Shown here one piece after another: positions 25,681 through 33,479 of a stretch of DNA of 40,537 nucleotides. The position numbers and the translations under genes are program-made. The stretch lies in contig JANNQV010000004.1 of NCBI GenBank assembly GCA_031400935.1, positions 1 through 40,537 of the forward strand, given 5' to 3'. Under the pieces are notes generated by a model. That model was not told the DNA's origin. It was given only the letters and a program-made list of their open reading frames with translations, and did not search any database. Numbering within the stretch: the stretch's first letter is position 1; each line of letters opens with the position of its first letter. This DNA is from Armatimonadota bacterium. GTDB taxonomy: Bacteria > Armatimonadota > Fimbriimonadia > Fimbriimonadales > Fimbriimonadaceae.

Positions 25681-27231
25681 ATGCAGTACGGGTTTGTAAT
25701 CAACCAAGAAACCTGTATTGGGTGCCACGCCTGCACCGTTGCCTGCAAAGCAGAAAACGATGTTCCCGTCGGTGGGTTTCGCACGAACGTAAAGTACGTC
25801 GAAATCGGCAAATTTCCGCAGGTCAAACGCAACTTTCTGGTTCAAAGATGCAACCAATGCACGGATGCACCTTGCGTGACCATTTGCCCCGTCAAAGCCC
25901 TTTCGAAGCGAAAGGATGGCATCGTTGATATCGACCGAGATGCGTGCATCGGCTGCCGAGCCTGCATGCAAGCCTGTCCGTATGATGCCCTCTATTTGAA
26001 TGAAGACCTAGGCGCGGTCGAAAAATGCCATTTCTGCGCGCACCGAATCGAAAAAGGGCTCGAGCCTGCCTGTGTCACGGTTTGCCCGGTAGGTGCGATT
26101 ATTCCGGGAGATTTCCATGACCCCGAATCGAAGGTATCGCTGCTCAAGAGAGCGCAAGATTTGAAATTTCGCCGCCCGGAGCAAGGAACTGGGCCGAATG
26201 TGATGTATATTGGCGCTTCGGATGTGTCATTGAATCCGGGTGCAGCGGCTCGGGATTCCAAACAACAGATTTGGAGCCAGAGACGAGACACAAAACCAGA
26301 AACATGGCCGACTAGTGCAGCTTCTGAACCCGACGCCCGAGAAGTTCTGAATGCCGATCACAAGGTTGAATGGGGTTGGCCAGTTGCGCTTTATTTGCTG
26401 ACCAAAGGAATCGCTGGCGGGGCGGCGATGATTGCGCCGTTTTTTGCGCTATTCGGAGCCTCTGCCTCGATTCCGTGGTGGCTGCCAGAAACGGTGGGTC
26501 TTTCTTTCATGTTGATCACAGTCTTCCTTCTGATCGAAGACCTCAAGAAGCCGATGCACTTTTACAAGCTGTTCACGAGGCCGAATTGGGATAGCTGGCT
26601 TGTGAAGGGCGGAATTGTTTTGACGGTTTTTGGTGGGCTTTCAGCGCTGATTCTGGGAATCGGACTTATAGGACATATAGGACCTATCGAAAATAGTGAT
26701 ATCAGTTCTAGCAGTCCTATAGGACTTATAAGTTTGATTGAGCCACTTCGCTGGTTGAATGCCTTGGTTGGCGTTTTTGTGGCAGGTTACACCGCCTTTC
26801 TCTTCAAGCAGTGCAAGGGACGGGACCTGTGGGAAGCCGATGGGCTGTTTTGGCACCTAATCGCGCAAAGCGTTACGGCTGGGGCAGGGTTCTTTTTGCT
26901 GATTGGGATGGGGAATCCAGTGACCATTTCCGCGTTTGCAATTGGAGCTGTTTCTTTGACATTACTGCACTTCGTTCCGTTTCGAAAACCAGAAACCGAT
27001 AATTACAAGCAAGCTAAGGGTTTCCTAGATGAGTCGCGATTGGGAAGGCTCCGGCTACTTCCACAATTGGCTTTGCAAATCCCATTGGGGGCAATAATCG
27101 TATTGGCCTGCCAAGTTTTTGAAGCCTCACCCGTACCAATAGGAGTTGTATGGGGGCTCTTTGTTTTATTAGCATTGTTTTCATACGAACAAGCTTTCGT
27201 TCGTGCTGGACAACTGCCACCCCTCTCCTAA
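25681..27231 (+). CDS. Fused four-cluster FeS subunit (DmsB/PsrB-like) and NrfD/PsrC membrane anchor
   Basis: CIGCHACTVAC, CNQCTDAPCVTICP, CIGCRACMQACP and CHFC..ACVTVCP, followed by WGWPVALYL..KGIAGG, DL.KP..F and YTAFLF.QC.GRDLW with several TM helices. Confidence 0.9.
   Translation: MQYGFVINQETCIGCHACTVACKAENDVPVGGFRTNVKYVEIGKFPQVKRNFLVQRCNQCTDAPCVTICPVKALSKRKDGIVDIDRDACIGCRACMQACPYDALYLNEDLGAVEKCHFCAHRIEKGLEPACVTVCPVGAIIPGDFHDPESKVSLLKRAQDLKFRRPEQGTGPNVMYIGASDVSLNPGAAARDSKQQIWSQRRDTKPETWPTSAASEPDAREVLNADHKVEWGWPVALYLLTKGIAGGAAMIAPFFALFGASASIPWWLPETVGLSFMLITVFLLIEDLKKPMHFYKLFTRPNWDSWLVKGGIVLTVFGGLSALILGIGLIGHIGPIENSDISSSSPIGLISLIEPLRWLNALVGVFVAGYTAFLFKQCKGRDLWEADGLFWHLIAQSVTAGAGFFLLIGMGNPVTISAFAIGAVSLTLLHFVPFRKPETDNYKQAKGFLDESRLGRLRLLPQLALQIPLGAIIVLACQVFEASPVPIGVVWGLFVLLALFSYEQAFVRAGQLPPLS
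26662..26730. repeat. Intragenic 9-mer repeat (GGACTTATA family)
   Basis: GGACTTATA GGACATATA GGACCTATC ... AGTCCTATA GGACTTATA; 26713-26726 is the perfect palindrome AGTCCTATAGGACT. Encodes GLIGHIGPI...SPIGLI. Confidence 0.75.
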
Positions 27232-27280
27232 CCGCTAACTGCAAAAATCCACAACCCACAATCCACAATCCACAACTAAC
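27229..27280. repeat. Heptamer tandem repeat filling the intergenic spacer
   Basis: TAACCGC TAACTGC, then AATCCAC AACCCAC AATCCAC AATCCAC AACTAAC up to the next ATG. Confidence 0.8.
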
Positions 27281-27282
27281 CC

Positions 27283-30012
27283 ATGCGCTCTCACGACCCC
27301 GAAGAACTAACCACAACTCCACTGGAATCTTTCCCGCCGGAAGATCAGTGGGAACACTGGTCGGAATTCGACCCTGCCGCTTGGCCGAAGAAGGTCGAGA
27401 AGAAGTACAGCCTGGTTCCCACCATTTGCTTTAACTGCGAAGCTGCCTGCGGGCTGATGGCATTTATTGATAAGGAAACTGGACTCATTCGAAAGCTTGA
27501 GGGCAACCCGTACCATCCTGGTTCAAGAGGCAAAAACTGCGCAAAGGGCCCAGCGACTATCAATCAGGTCAACGATCCCAACCGAATTCTCTATCCGCTA
27601 AAGCGAGTTGGCGAAAGAGGAGCGGGAAAATGGGAAAGGACAAGCTGGAACGAAGTGCTCGATACGTTTGCAAACAAGATTCGCGCGGCAATTGTCGAGG
27701 ACCGAAAAACCGAAGTGATGTACCACGTCGGCCGGCCTGGCGAAGATGGCTACGTCAACCGAGTTCTGCAAAGTTGGGGAGTAGATGCCCACAATTCGCA
27801 CACCAATGTTTGCTCATCGGGGGCCCGTGTTGGATACGCGCTGTGGGCTGGAGCCGACCGCCCTTCGCCTGACCATGCAAACGCGAAATTCATGCTGCTG
27901 CTCTCTTCGCACTTGGAGACCGGCCACTACTTCAACCCGCATGCGCAAAGGATCATCGAAGGTAAAACCAGCGGCGCAAAGATCTGTGTGATTGATGTTC
28001 GGCATTCGAACACGGCTTCCAAAGCCGATTGGTGGCTTGCGCCTTGGCCGGGGACAGAGGCGATGCTGCTTTTGGCAATCGCAAAAATTCTGCTTGATGA
28101 AGGGCTTTACAATCGCGAATTTCTAGAAACGTGGGTGAATTGGGAAGACACTCTAGACTGGCTCCTAAAGAGATCGCACATTTTGAACAAGTCGGACCTG
28201 TCCAACAAGTCCAACCAGTCCCACAAGACCTACCACTTTGACACTTTCATTAGTGCTCTAAGAGCCCACTACGCCTACGCAACCCCCGAGGCCGCTGCCG
28301 AAGAATGCGGTGTTGACGCCGCTTCCATCAGAGAAATCGCTCTTGAAATCAGCAAGGCAGGAACAGCGCTTTCTACGCACGTTTGGCGAAATGCAGCGGC
28401 AGGAAATCTTGGCGGCTGGCAGGTTTCCAGGTGCCTTGAATTCATCGTAGTGCTCATGGGTGCGGTCGGAACAGAAGGTGGAACAAACCTAAATACAGAT
28501 AACAAATTCGTACCTCCTACCTTTCTGAAGCCCCCTCCACAAGACGTGTGGAGCGAGCTACTTTATCCACTAGAGTATCCGTTGGCATTCCACGAAATGT
28601 CCTACTTGCTGCCACATTTCCTGATTGAAGGAAGAGGGAAGTTAGCAGCTTATTTCACGAGAGTTTACAACCCGGTATGGACGAATCCGGACGGCATGAT
28701 GTGGGAGCGGGTGCTGAAGGACGAATCCAAAATCGAGCTTCACGCCGCCTTAACTCCGGTTTGGAGCGAGACCGCACAATATGCGGACTACGTGCTGCCG
28801 ATGGGCAATGGGGCTGAGCGATACGACCTCATGAGCCAAGAAACTCATGCTGCAAAGTGGATCGGTTTTCGGCAGCCAGTTCAACGAGTCGCGAGGGAAC
28901 GAGATGGTGAGACATTTGAGTTCACCTATGAAGCGAATCCGGGCGAAGTCTGGGAAGAAACCGAGTTTTGGATCGAGCTTTCATGGAGAATTGATCCAGA
29001 CGGTTCGTTGGGAATCCGAAAGTTCTACGAATCGCCATATCGCCGAGGCGAAAAGATCAAAATTCAGGAGTATTACCGATGGATATTTGAAAATTCAGTA
29101 CCAGGATTGACAGAAGCCGCCGCCGAAAGGGGATTGACTCCATACGAATATATGAGCCGCTATGGAGCATTCTTGGTTAAGGATGAGGCGTATGGCGTTT
29201 ATGACGATCATGGATTCAAAACACCTTCTAAAAAGCTAGAATTGCACAGCCAAACAATGGAAGACTGGGGCTGGGCCGACCAGACAATGCCTGGCTATAT
29301 CCCAAGCCACGTCCACCGCGACCAGATGAAGCCGGGCGAATTTGAATTTGTGCTTGTGCCAACCTTCCGGCTTCCGACATTGGTTCACACGCGCTCCGCA
29401 AATTCGAAGTGGCTCTATGAATTGAGCAACTCGAATCCAGTTTGGATTCATCCGACCGATGCATCAAAACTCGGAATCGAAACGGGGGATTTGGTTCGTG
29501 TTTCAACCCGAATTGGGCATTATGTGAACAAAGCTTGGGTGACCGAAGGGATGCGACCGGGAATCATCGCCTGCTCCCATCATCTCGGCAGATGGCGACT
29601 GAACGACGAAGGCACCGACCGAATGGCTGGCGTCAAGGTTTTGCGCGAGGAGCTTTCTCCTGGCGTTGTTAGGTTCCGTCGTGCAGAGAATATCAGCCCT
29701 TACGAAAGCATAGATGCAGACACAAAACGAATCTGGTGGACCGATGGCGGCGTGCATCAAAACCTCACTTTTCCAGTTCAGCCCGACCCAGTTTCTGGGC
29801 AGCATTGCTGGCATCAAAGGGTAGTTGTCGGAAAAGCTGCGCCAGAAGATTGCTACGGTGACGTCTATGTGGACACGAACAAATCCATCGAAGTCTATCG
29901 AGAATGGCTCGCCAAAACCAAACCTGCACCAGGGCCTGGGGGATTGAGAAGGCCATTGTGGTTAGATCGCGCGGTTCGTCCATCCAATGAAGCGTACAAG
30001 ATTGAACAGTAA
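27283..30012 (+). CDS. Molybdopterin-dependent oxidoreductase catalytic subunit (DMSO reductase superfamily), substrate unknown
   Basis: 909 aa. [4Fe-4S] motif CFNCEAAC...NCAKG; DP.RILYPLKR.G.RG.GKW; SETAQYADYVLP; GFKTPSKKLE; C-terminal VWIHP.DA..LGI..GD.V. No twin-arginine leader. Confidence 0.92.
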   Translation: MRSHDPEELTTTPLESFPPEDQWEHWSEFDPAAWPKKVEKKYSLVPTICFNCEAACGLMAFIDKETGLIRKLEGNPYHPGSRGKNCAKGPATINQVNDPNRILYPLKRVGERGAGKWERTSWNEVLDTFANKIRAAIVEDRKTEVMYHVGRPGEDGYVNRVLQSWGVDAHNSHTNVCSSGARVGYALWAGADRPSPDHANAKFMLLLSSHLETGHYFNPHAQRIIEGKTSGAKICVIDVRHSNTASKADWWLAPWPGTEAMLLLAIAKILLDEGLYNREFLETWVNWEDTLDWLLKRSHILNKSDLSNKSNQSHKTYHFDTFISALRAHYAYATPEAAAEECGVDAASIREIALEISKAGTALSTHVWRNAAAGNLGGWQVSRCLEFIVVLMGAVGTEGGTNLNTDNKFVPPTFLKPPPQDVWSELLYPLEYPLAFHEMSYLLPHFLIEGRGKLAAYFTRVYNPVWTNPDGMMWERVLKDESKIELHAALTPVWSETAQYADYVLPMGNGAERYDLMSQETHAAKWIGFRQPVQRVARERDGETFEFTYEANPGEVWEETEFWIELSWRIDPDGSLGIRKFYESPYRRGEKIKIQEYYRWIFENSVPGLTEAAAERGLTPYEYMSRYGAFLVKDEAYGVYDDHGFKTPSKKLELHSQTMEDWGWADQTMPGYIPSHVHRDQMKPGEFEFVLVPTFRLPTLVHTRSANSKWLYELSNSNPVWIHPTDASKLGIETGDLVRVSTRIGHYVNKAWVTEGMRPGIIACSHHLGRWRLNDEGTDRMAGVKVLREELSPGVVRFRRAENISPYESIDADTKRIWWTDGGVHQNLTFPVQPDPVSGQHCWHQRVVVGKAAPEDCYGDVYVDTNKSIEVYREWLAKTKPAPGPGGLRRPLWLDRAVRPSNEAYKIEQ
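28191..28235. repeat. Intragenic degenerate 9-mer tandem repeat
   Basis: GTCGGACCT GTCCAACAA GTCCAACCA GTCCCACAA GACCTACCA, encoding SDLSNKSNQSHKTY. Confidence 0.7.
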
Positions 30013-30094
30013 AGGCTCATATGGCTTGAAATTTTTTTCTGCTACCGGATAACCTAAATGGTGTAATGTCTGAATTACGACCAGGAGGACATCA

Positions 30095-30385
30095 ATGTAT
30101 ATCGTATCTTCAAAGTGGGAACCCCTAGAAGGCTTTGAAAAGGCTTGGCAAGAAAGTTCTGCAAGTACCGGCCACCAGCTTCGTGCGATACCAGGAGTTG
30201 AGTTTTTGCATCGCTTCAAGAATGAACAGGGCCAAGTCGTTGTAACGATGGGTTACACGGATGAGCCAACTTACCAGCGATTGGTAATCGATCCTAATGG
30301 TGCGGTTGCAAGGCTGATGGCCGAGACCGACATCGAATCTGTAGCGCGGTGGATTTCATCCGAGCGGGGCGAATCGGTTGATTAG
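30095..30385 (+). CDS. Small protein, ABM/dimeric alpha-beta barrel-like
   Basis: 96 aa with a clear RBS (AGGAGG). The pattern Y.V...W....G.E..W.......L...PGV resembles antibiotic-biosynthesis-monooxygenase-like proteins. Confidence 0.65.
   Translation: MYIVSSKWEPLEGFEKAWQESSASTGHQLRAIPGVEFLHRFKNEQGQVVVTMGYTDEPTYQRLVIDPNGAVARLMAETDIESVARWISSERGESVD
30344..30385 (+). repeat. 42-bp direct repeat, copy 1 (3' end of the ABM-like gene)
   Basis: GCGCGGTGGATTTCATCCGAGCGGGGCGAATCGGTTGATTAG; 39/42 identical to 32077-32118. Confidence 0.92.
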
Positions 30386-30502
30386 GCGCGTGCAATTCAA
30401 CATACAAAACCCCGTAAAAGTACGGTAGTTCTTTTAGGACGGTGTTAACGATCAGTTAACCCAATGTTATGGGGTCTCAACAGACTTCAAACTAAGTCGT
30501 CC

Positions 30503-31897
30503 ATGAATAACCACAGAAATTTAGTTTGGCTCGGCATTTTGTCGGCCGTATCGTTTGTCGCTTCAGCGCACGGCGCTGAACTTGTAAACACGATCGTAGT
30601 GTCAGGCGGAGCTAATGACTTAGTTCCAGGATCAGGTGCCAACGTCAACCGACTTGGAATGGGGTCGGATTTGGCATATGATCGCCGGAGCCACACCCTA
30701 TACACCTTGGCAGACCGCGGCCCGGGCGGAGGCGTCATCAGCTACGAAACCCGGTTGCACAAATCCAAGGTTAATTTCGACAGGCGAACAGGCGAAATCA
30801 GCCACTTTCGACTTCAGGAGACCATCAAGTTCAAAACGACCGACGGTTCACAGCGTTTTAATGGTTTGAATCCGCTGCTTCTAAATGGCAATGTCTCCAC
30901 TCTCGGCCTCAGTTTTGATCCAGAAGGACTTGCAATCGGACCAAACGGCAACTTCTACGTTAGCGACGAATATGGCCCTTCAGTTTATGAGTTTCAAAAG
31001 GTTGAGCTTTGGAATGGTATTGTGGAGGCTCGATTTGTCAGAGCTTTTGAGGTTCCTCACAATATTTTGCCTTTCGCGGGAACTCTGCTCGACTATGTGA
31101 ACGGTCGAGGAATTCTTTCAGTTGGCAGGCAGGACAATCGAGGCTATGAGGGACTCACCATGAGCCCTGACGGCACAAAACTTTACGCAATTCTTCAAGA
31201 CCCGCTCATAAACGAGGGGCCTACTCCCGGCGAAGGTCGCAGAAGCAGAAACGTGAGAATCGTGGAATACGACGTGGCATCGGGTGTCAGTACTCGGCAA
31301 TTTGTCTATCAGTTAGAAACCTTAGCGGTGATCAATGCAAGGATTCCAGGAACGAATTCTGATTTCGCAGCGACAGCGCAGGGTCGAAACATCGGTTGCA
31401 GCGGTATTGTCGCCATAAACGAAGATGAGTTCTTTGTAATTGAGCGTGACAATCGGGGCCGGGGAGTGGATGATCCGCTTCATATCAATCCGATCGGTAG
31501 CAAACGTGTCTTTCGAATCAGCATTGTTGGGGCAACAGATGTTTCCAACACGAGCTTATTTGGGCACTCGACAACCTTGCCAACAGGCGTTGTTCCGGTT
31601 CAAAAGGAACTTTATCTGGATGTGCTCGACGAAGTCAACAACGCAAACATCGTTATGCCAGAAAAGATCGAAGGAATGATCATTGGGCCACAATTGCGAG
31701 ACGGAACGTATGCGCTCGTGGTCGCTAACGACAACGATTTTAGCGTCACACAAAACTCCAGCAATGTTCAGTTCGACGTGTATACCGACGGTACGCAAGG
31801 TCCGCTCAATGGCGATCCGTTGGGCAGAAGTCTGATTCCATCCTTGATTATGTCGTTTAAGGGTAGTGTGCCTGGGTTCGTTGCTCCTAACCCATAG
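30503..31897 (+). CDS. Secreted esterase-like activity of phytase family protein
   Basis: Signal peptide; motifs LADRGPGGG, FDPEGL, YVSDEYGP, RQDNRGYEGL, IERDN, PEKIEG and ANDNDF. Start placed at the ATG at 30503. Confidence 0.88.
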   Translation: MNNHRNLVWLGILSAVSFVASAHGAELVNTIVVSGGANDLVPGSGANVNRLGMGSDLAYDRRSHTLYTLADRGPGGGVISYETRLHKSKVNFDRRTGEISHFRLQETIKFKTTDGSQRFNGLNPLLLNGNVSTLGLSFDPEGLAIGPNGNFYVSDEYGPSVYEFQKVELWNGIVEARFVRAFEVPHNILPFAGTLLDYVNGRGILSVGRQDNRGYEGLTMSPDGTKLYAILQDPLINEGPTPGEGRRSRNVRIVEYDVASGVSTRQFVYQLETLAVINARIPGTNSDFAATAQGRNIGCSGIVAINEDEFFVIERDNRGRGVDDPLHINPIGSKRVFRISIVGATDVSNTSLFGHSTTLPTGVVPVQKELYLDVLDEVNNANIVMPEKIEGMIIGPQLRDGTYALVVANDNDFSVTQNSSNVQFDVYTDGTQGPLNGDPLGRSLIPSLIMSFKGSVPGFVAPNP

Positions 31898-31920
31898 TTG
31901 AGCTAATCGTGAGCCATTCC

Positions 31921-31957
31921 GACTCATTCTTCGTTACTAAGCAACGAAGAATGAGTC
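31921..31957 (+). terminator. Hairpin after the phytase-like gene, probable terminator
   Basis: GACTCATTCTTCGTT-N7-AACGAAGAATGAGTC forms a perfect 15-bp stem, 23 nt after the stop. Confidence 0.65.
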
Positions 31958-32076
31958 TCTTATGTGAGCCGTAAGACCTACTCTGTGAAGAAATCAAACG
32001 AATTCGCATTTCTCCGCGAAGTTGAAAACTCAGGTACAACGTGCGAAGGATAAAGAGACTTCATGGGAAAGAGTTC

Positions 32077-32118
32077 GCACGGTGGATTTCATCCGAACGT
32101 GGCGAATCGGTTGATTAG
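32077..32118 (+). repeat. 42-bp direct repeat, copy 2 (orphan gene tail)
   Basis: GCACGGTGGATTTCATCCGAACGTGGCGAATCGGTTGATTAG; encodes the same ARWISSERGESVD* peptide as copy 1. Confidence 0.92.
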
Positions 32119-32423
32119 TAAGATTCGTCGCTATTTGGCAGACAGATTGTTGTAGAATTTGAATTTAAGGCTACTTCGTAAAGAGTTGGTTGAACGTTTG
32201 CAGGTTCGGCGGACTCTTCGAGAAATCGTCTGATTGCGGCATCATCTTTGTTTCCTACCGTGATGGGCTAGATCAGTTTGCAGAGCGACTTTTATTGAGG
32301 AGTCAGGAGTTCGTGCCCCTTCTTCTCCTCCTCCAAATTTGCCTTACTAGTCATCCACACAGTCAGTCAGATTGAAAAATGAAACGGCCCATTCGAAGTA
32401 ACGTATTTGGACCTGCTAGCCAG

Positions 32424-33479
32424 CTACCGGAAGCGAAGTTGCAAGTTCTCGAGGGCCCCGCTGCCAGGGCAAAGCTTCTCGAACGGAATATGGGTTAACG
32501 AACCTTGAACTTGGTTGTTTTGATCCACCATATCCTTGGAATCTTCAGAAATATACAAGAGCCCAGTTGCGATTTCGCCTGCCGCCTGCCTTTCCCGAAT
32601 GTGGGAATATGCGTTGTCCCGATTTGTTGGGTCGTAATCATCGGCAACCTTGCGAAAAGTCACCCAGCTTCCATCGTGCATCATCACACGCCTTGAAGTG
32701 CCGGGATCATATTCGGTCGTAATCTCTGTCCGGATTGGCACGAAATCAGCTTCGACAACTTCGACATTATGTTCACGAGTGTAGGCATAGCTCTTTGTCG
32801 AGCCTTCATGGTCGTTGAACGTAACGCAAGGCGAAATCACCTCAACAAAGGCAAATCCATTGTGGTTTAGTCCTGCCTCAATGATCGGGATCAGTTGGTC
32901 TTTGTCCCCTGAAAAGCTGCGTGCAACAAATGTCGCGCCAAGCGATAATGCCAAGAGAACCCCGTCAATCGGTTCCATGGCGTTGACTTCGCCTTTCTTG
33001 CTTGTAGACCCGATGTCAGCGGCCGCCGAAAATTGCCCCTTGGTGAGACCATAGACGCCGTTGTTCTCCAAAATGTAAAGGAGATTTACATTTCGCCGAA
33101 TTGCGTGGCACAGTTGGCCGAGTCCGATGGAAAGCGAATCTCCGTCTCCTGAAACGCCAATCATGATCAAGTCCCGATTAGCCGCACCTGCCCCTGTTGC
33201 GATTGAGGGCATCCTTCCGTGAACGCTGTTAAAGCCATGCGCTTCCCGCAAAAAATATGCTGGAGTTTTAGAAGAACAGCCAATTCCAGAAAGTTTTGCG
33301 ACTTTATGAGGAGCAATATCTAGGTTCCAAAAAGCCTGAATGATAGCTGCAGTGATCGAGTCATGGCCGCATCCCGCACATAGCGTACTGATAGCCCCTT
33401 CATAGTCGCGGCGCGTCATGCCAAGCGCGTTCAGTTTTAGCGATGGATGGTGGACCTTTGGCTTTGCCAGATAGCTCAT
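32424..33479 (-). CDS. korB: 2-oxoacid:ferredoxin oxidoreductase beta subunit
   Basis: LCAGCGH, SGIGCSS, VHGR, the TPP motif GDGD...ENNGVYGLTKGQ, and ISPCVTFN. Confidence 0.93.
   Translation of the reverse strand: MSYLAKPKVHHPSLKLNALGMTRRDYEGAISTLCAGCGHDSITAAIIQAFWNLDIAPHKVAKLSGIGCSSKTPAYFLREAHGFNSVHGRMPSIATGAGAANRDLIMIGVSGDGDSLSIGLGQLCHAIRRNVNLLYILENNGVYGLTKGQFSAAADIGSTSKKGEVNAMEPIDGVLLALSLGATFVARSFSGDKDQLIPIIEAGLNHNGFAFVEVISPCVTFNDHEGSTKSYAYTREHNVEVVEADFVPIRTEITTEYDPGTSRRVMMHDGSWVTFRKVADDYDPTNRDNAYSHIRERQAAGEIATGLLYISEDSKDMVDQNNQVQGSLTHIPFEKLCPGSGALENLQLRFR

Noticed and set aside
32115..32360. Coding-like minus-strand frame with two in-frame stops (MTSKANLEEEKK...)
   Set aside because: It could be a decayed gene, but I recognise no homology, so a pseudogene call is unsupported.
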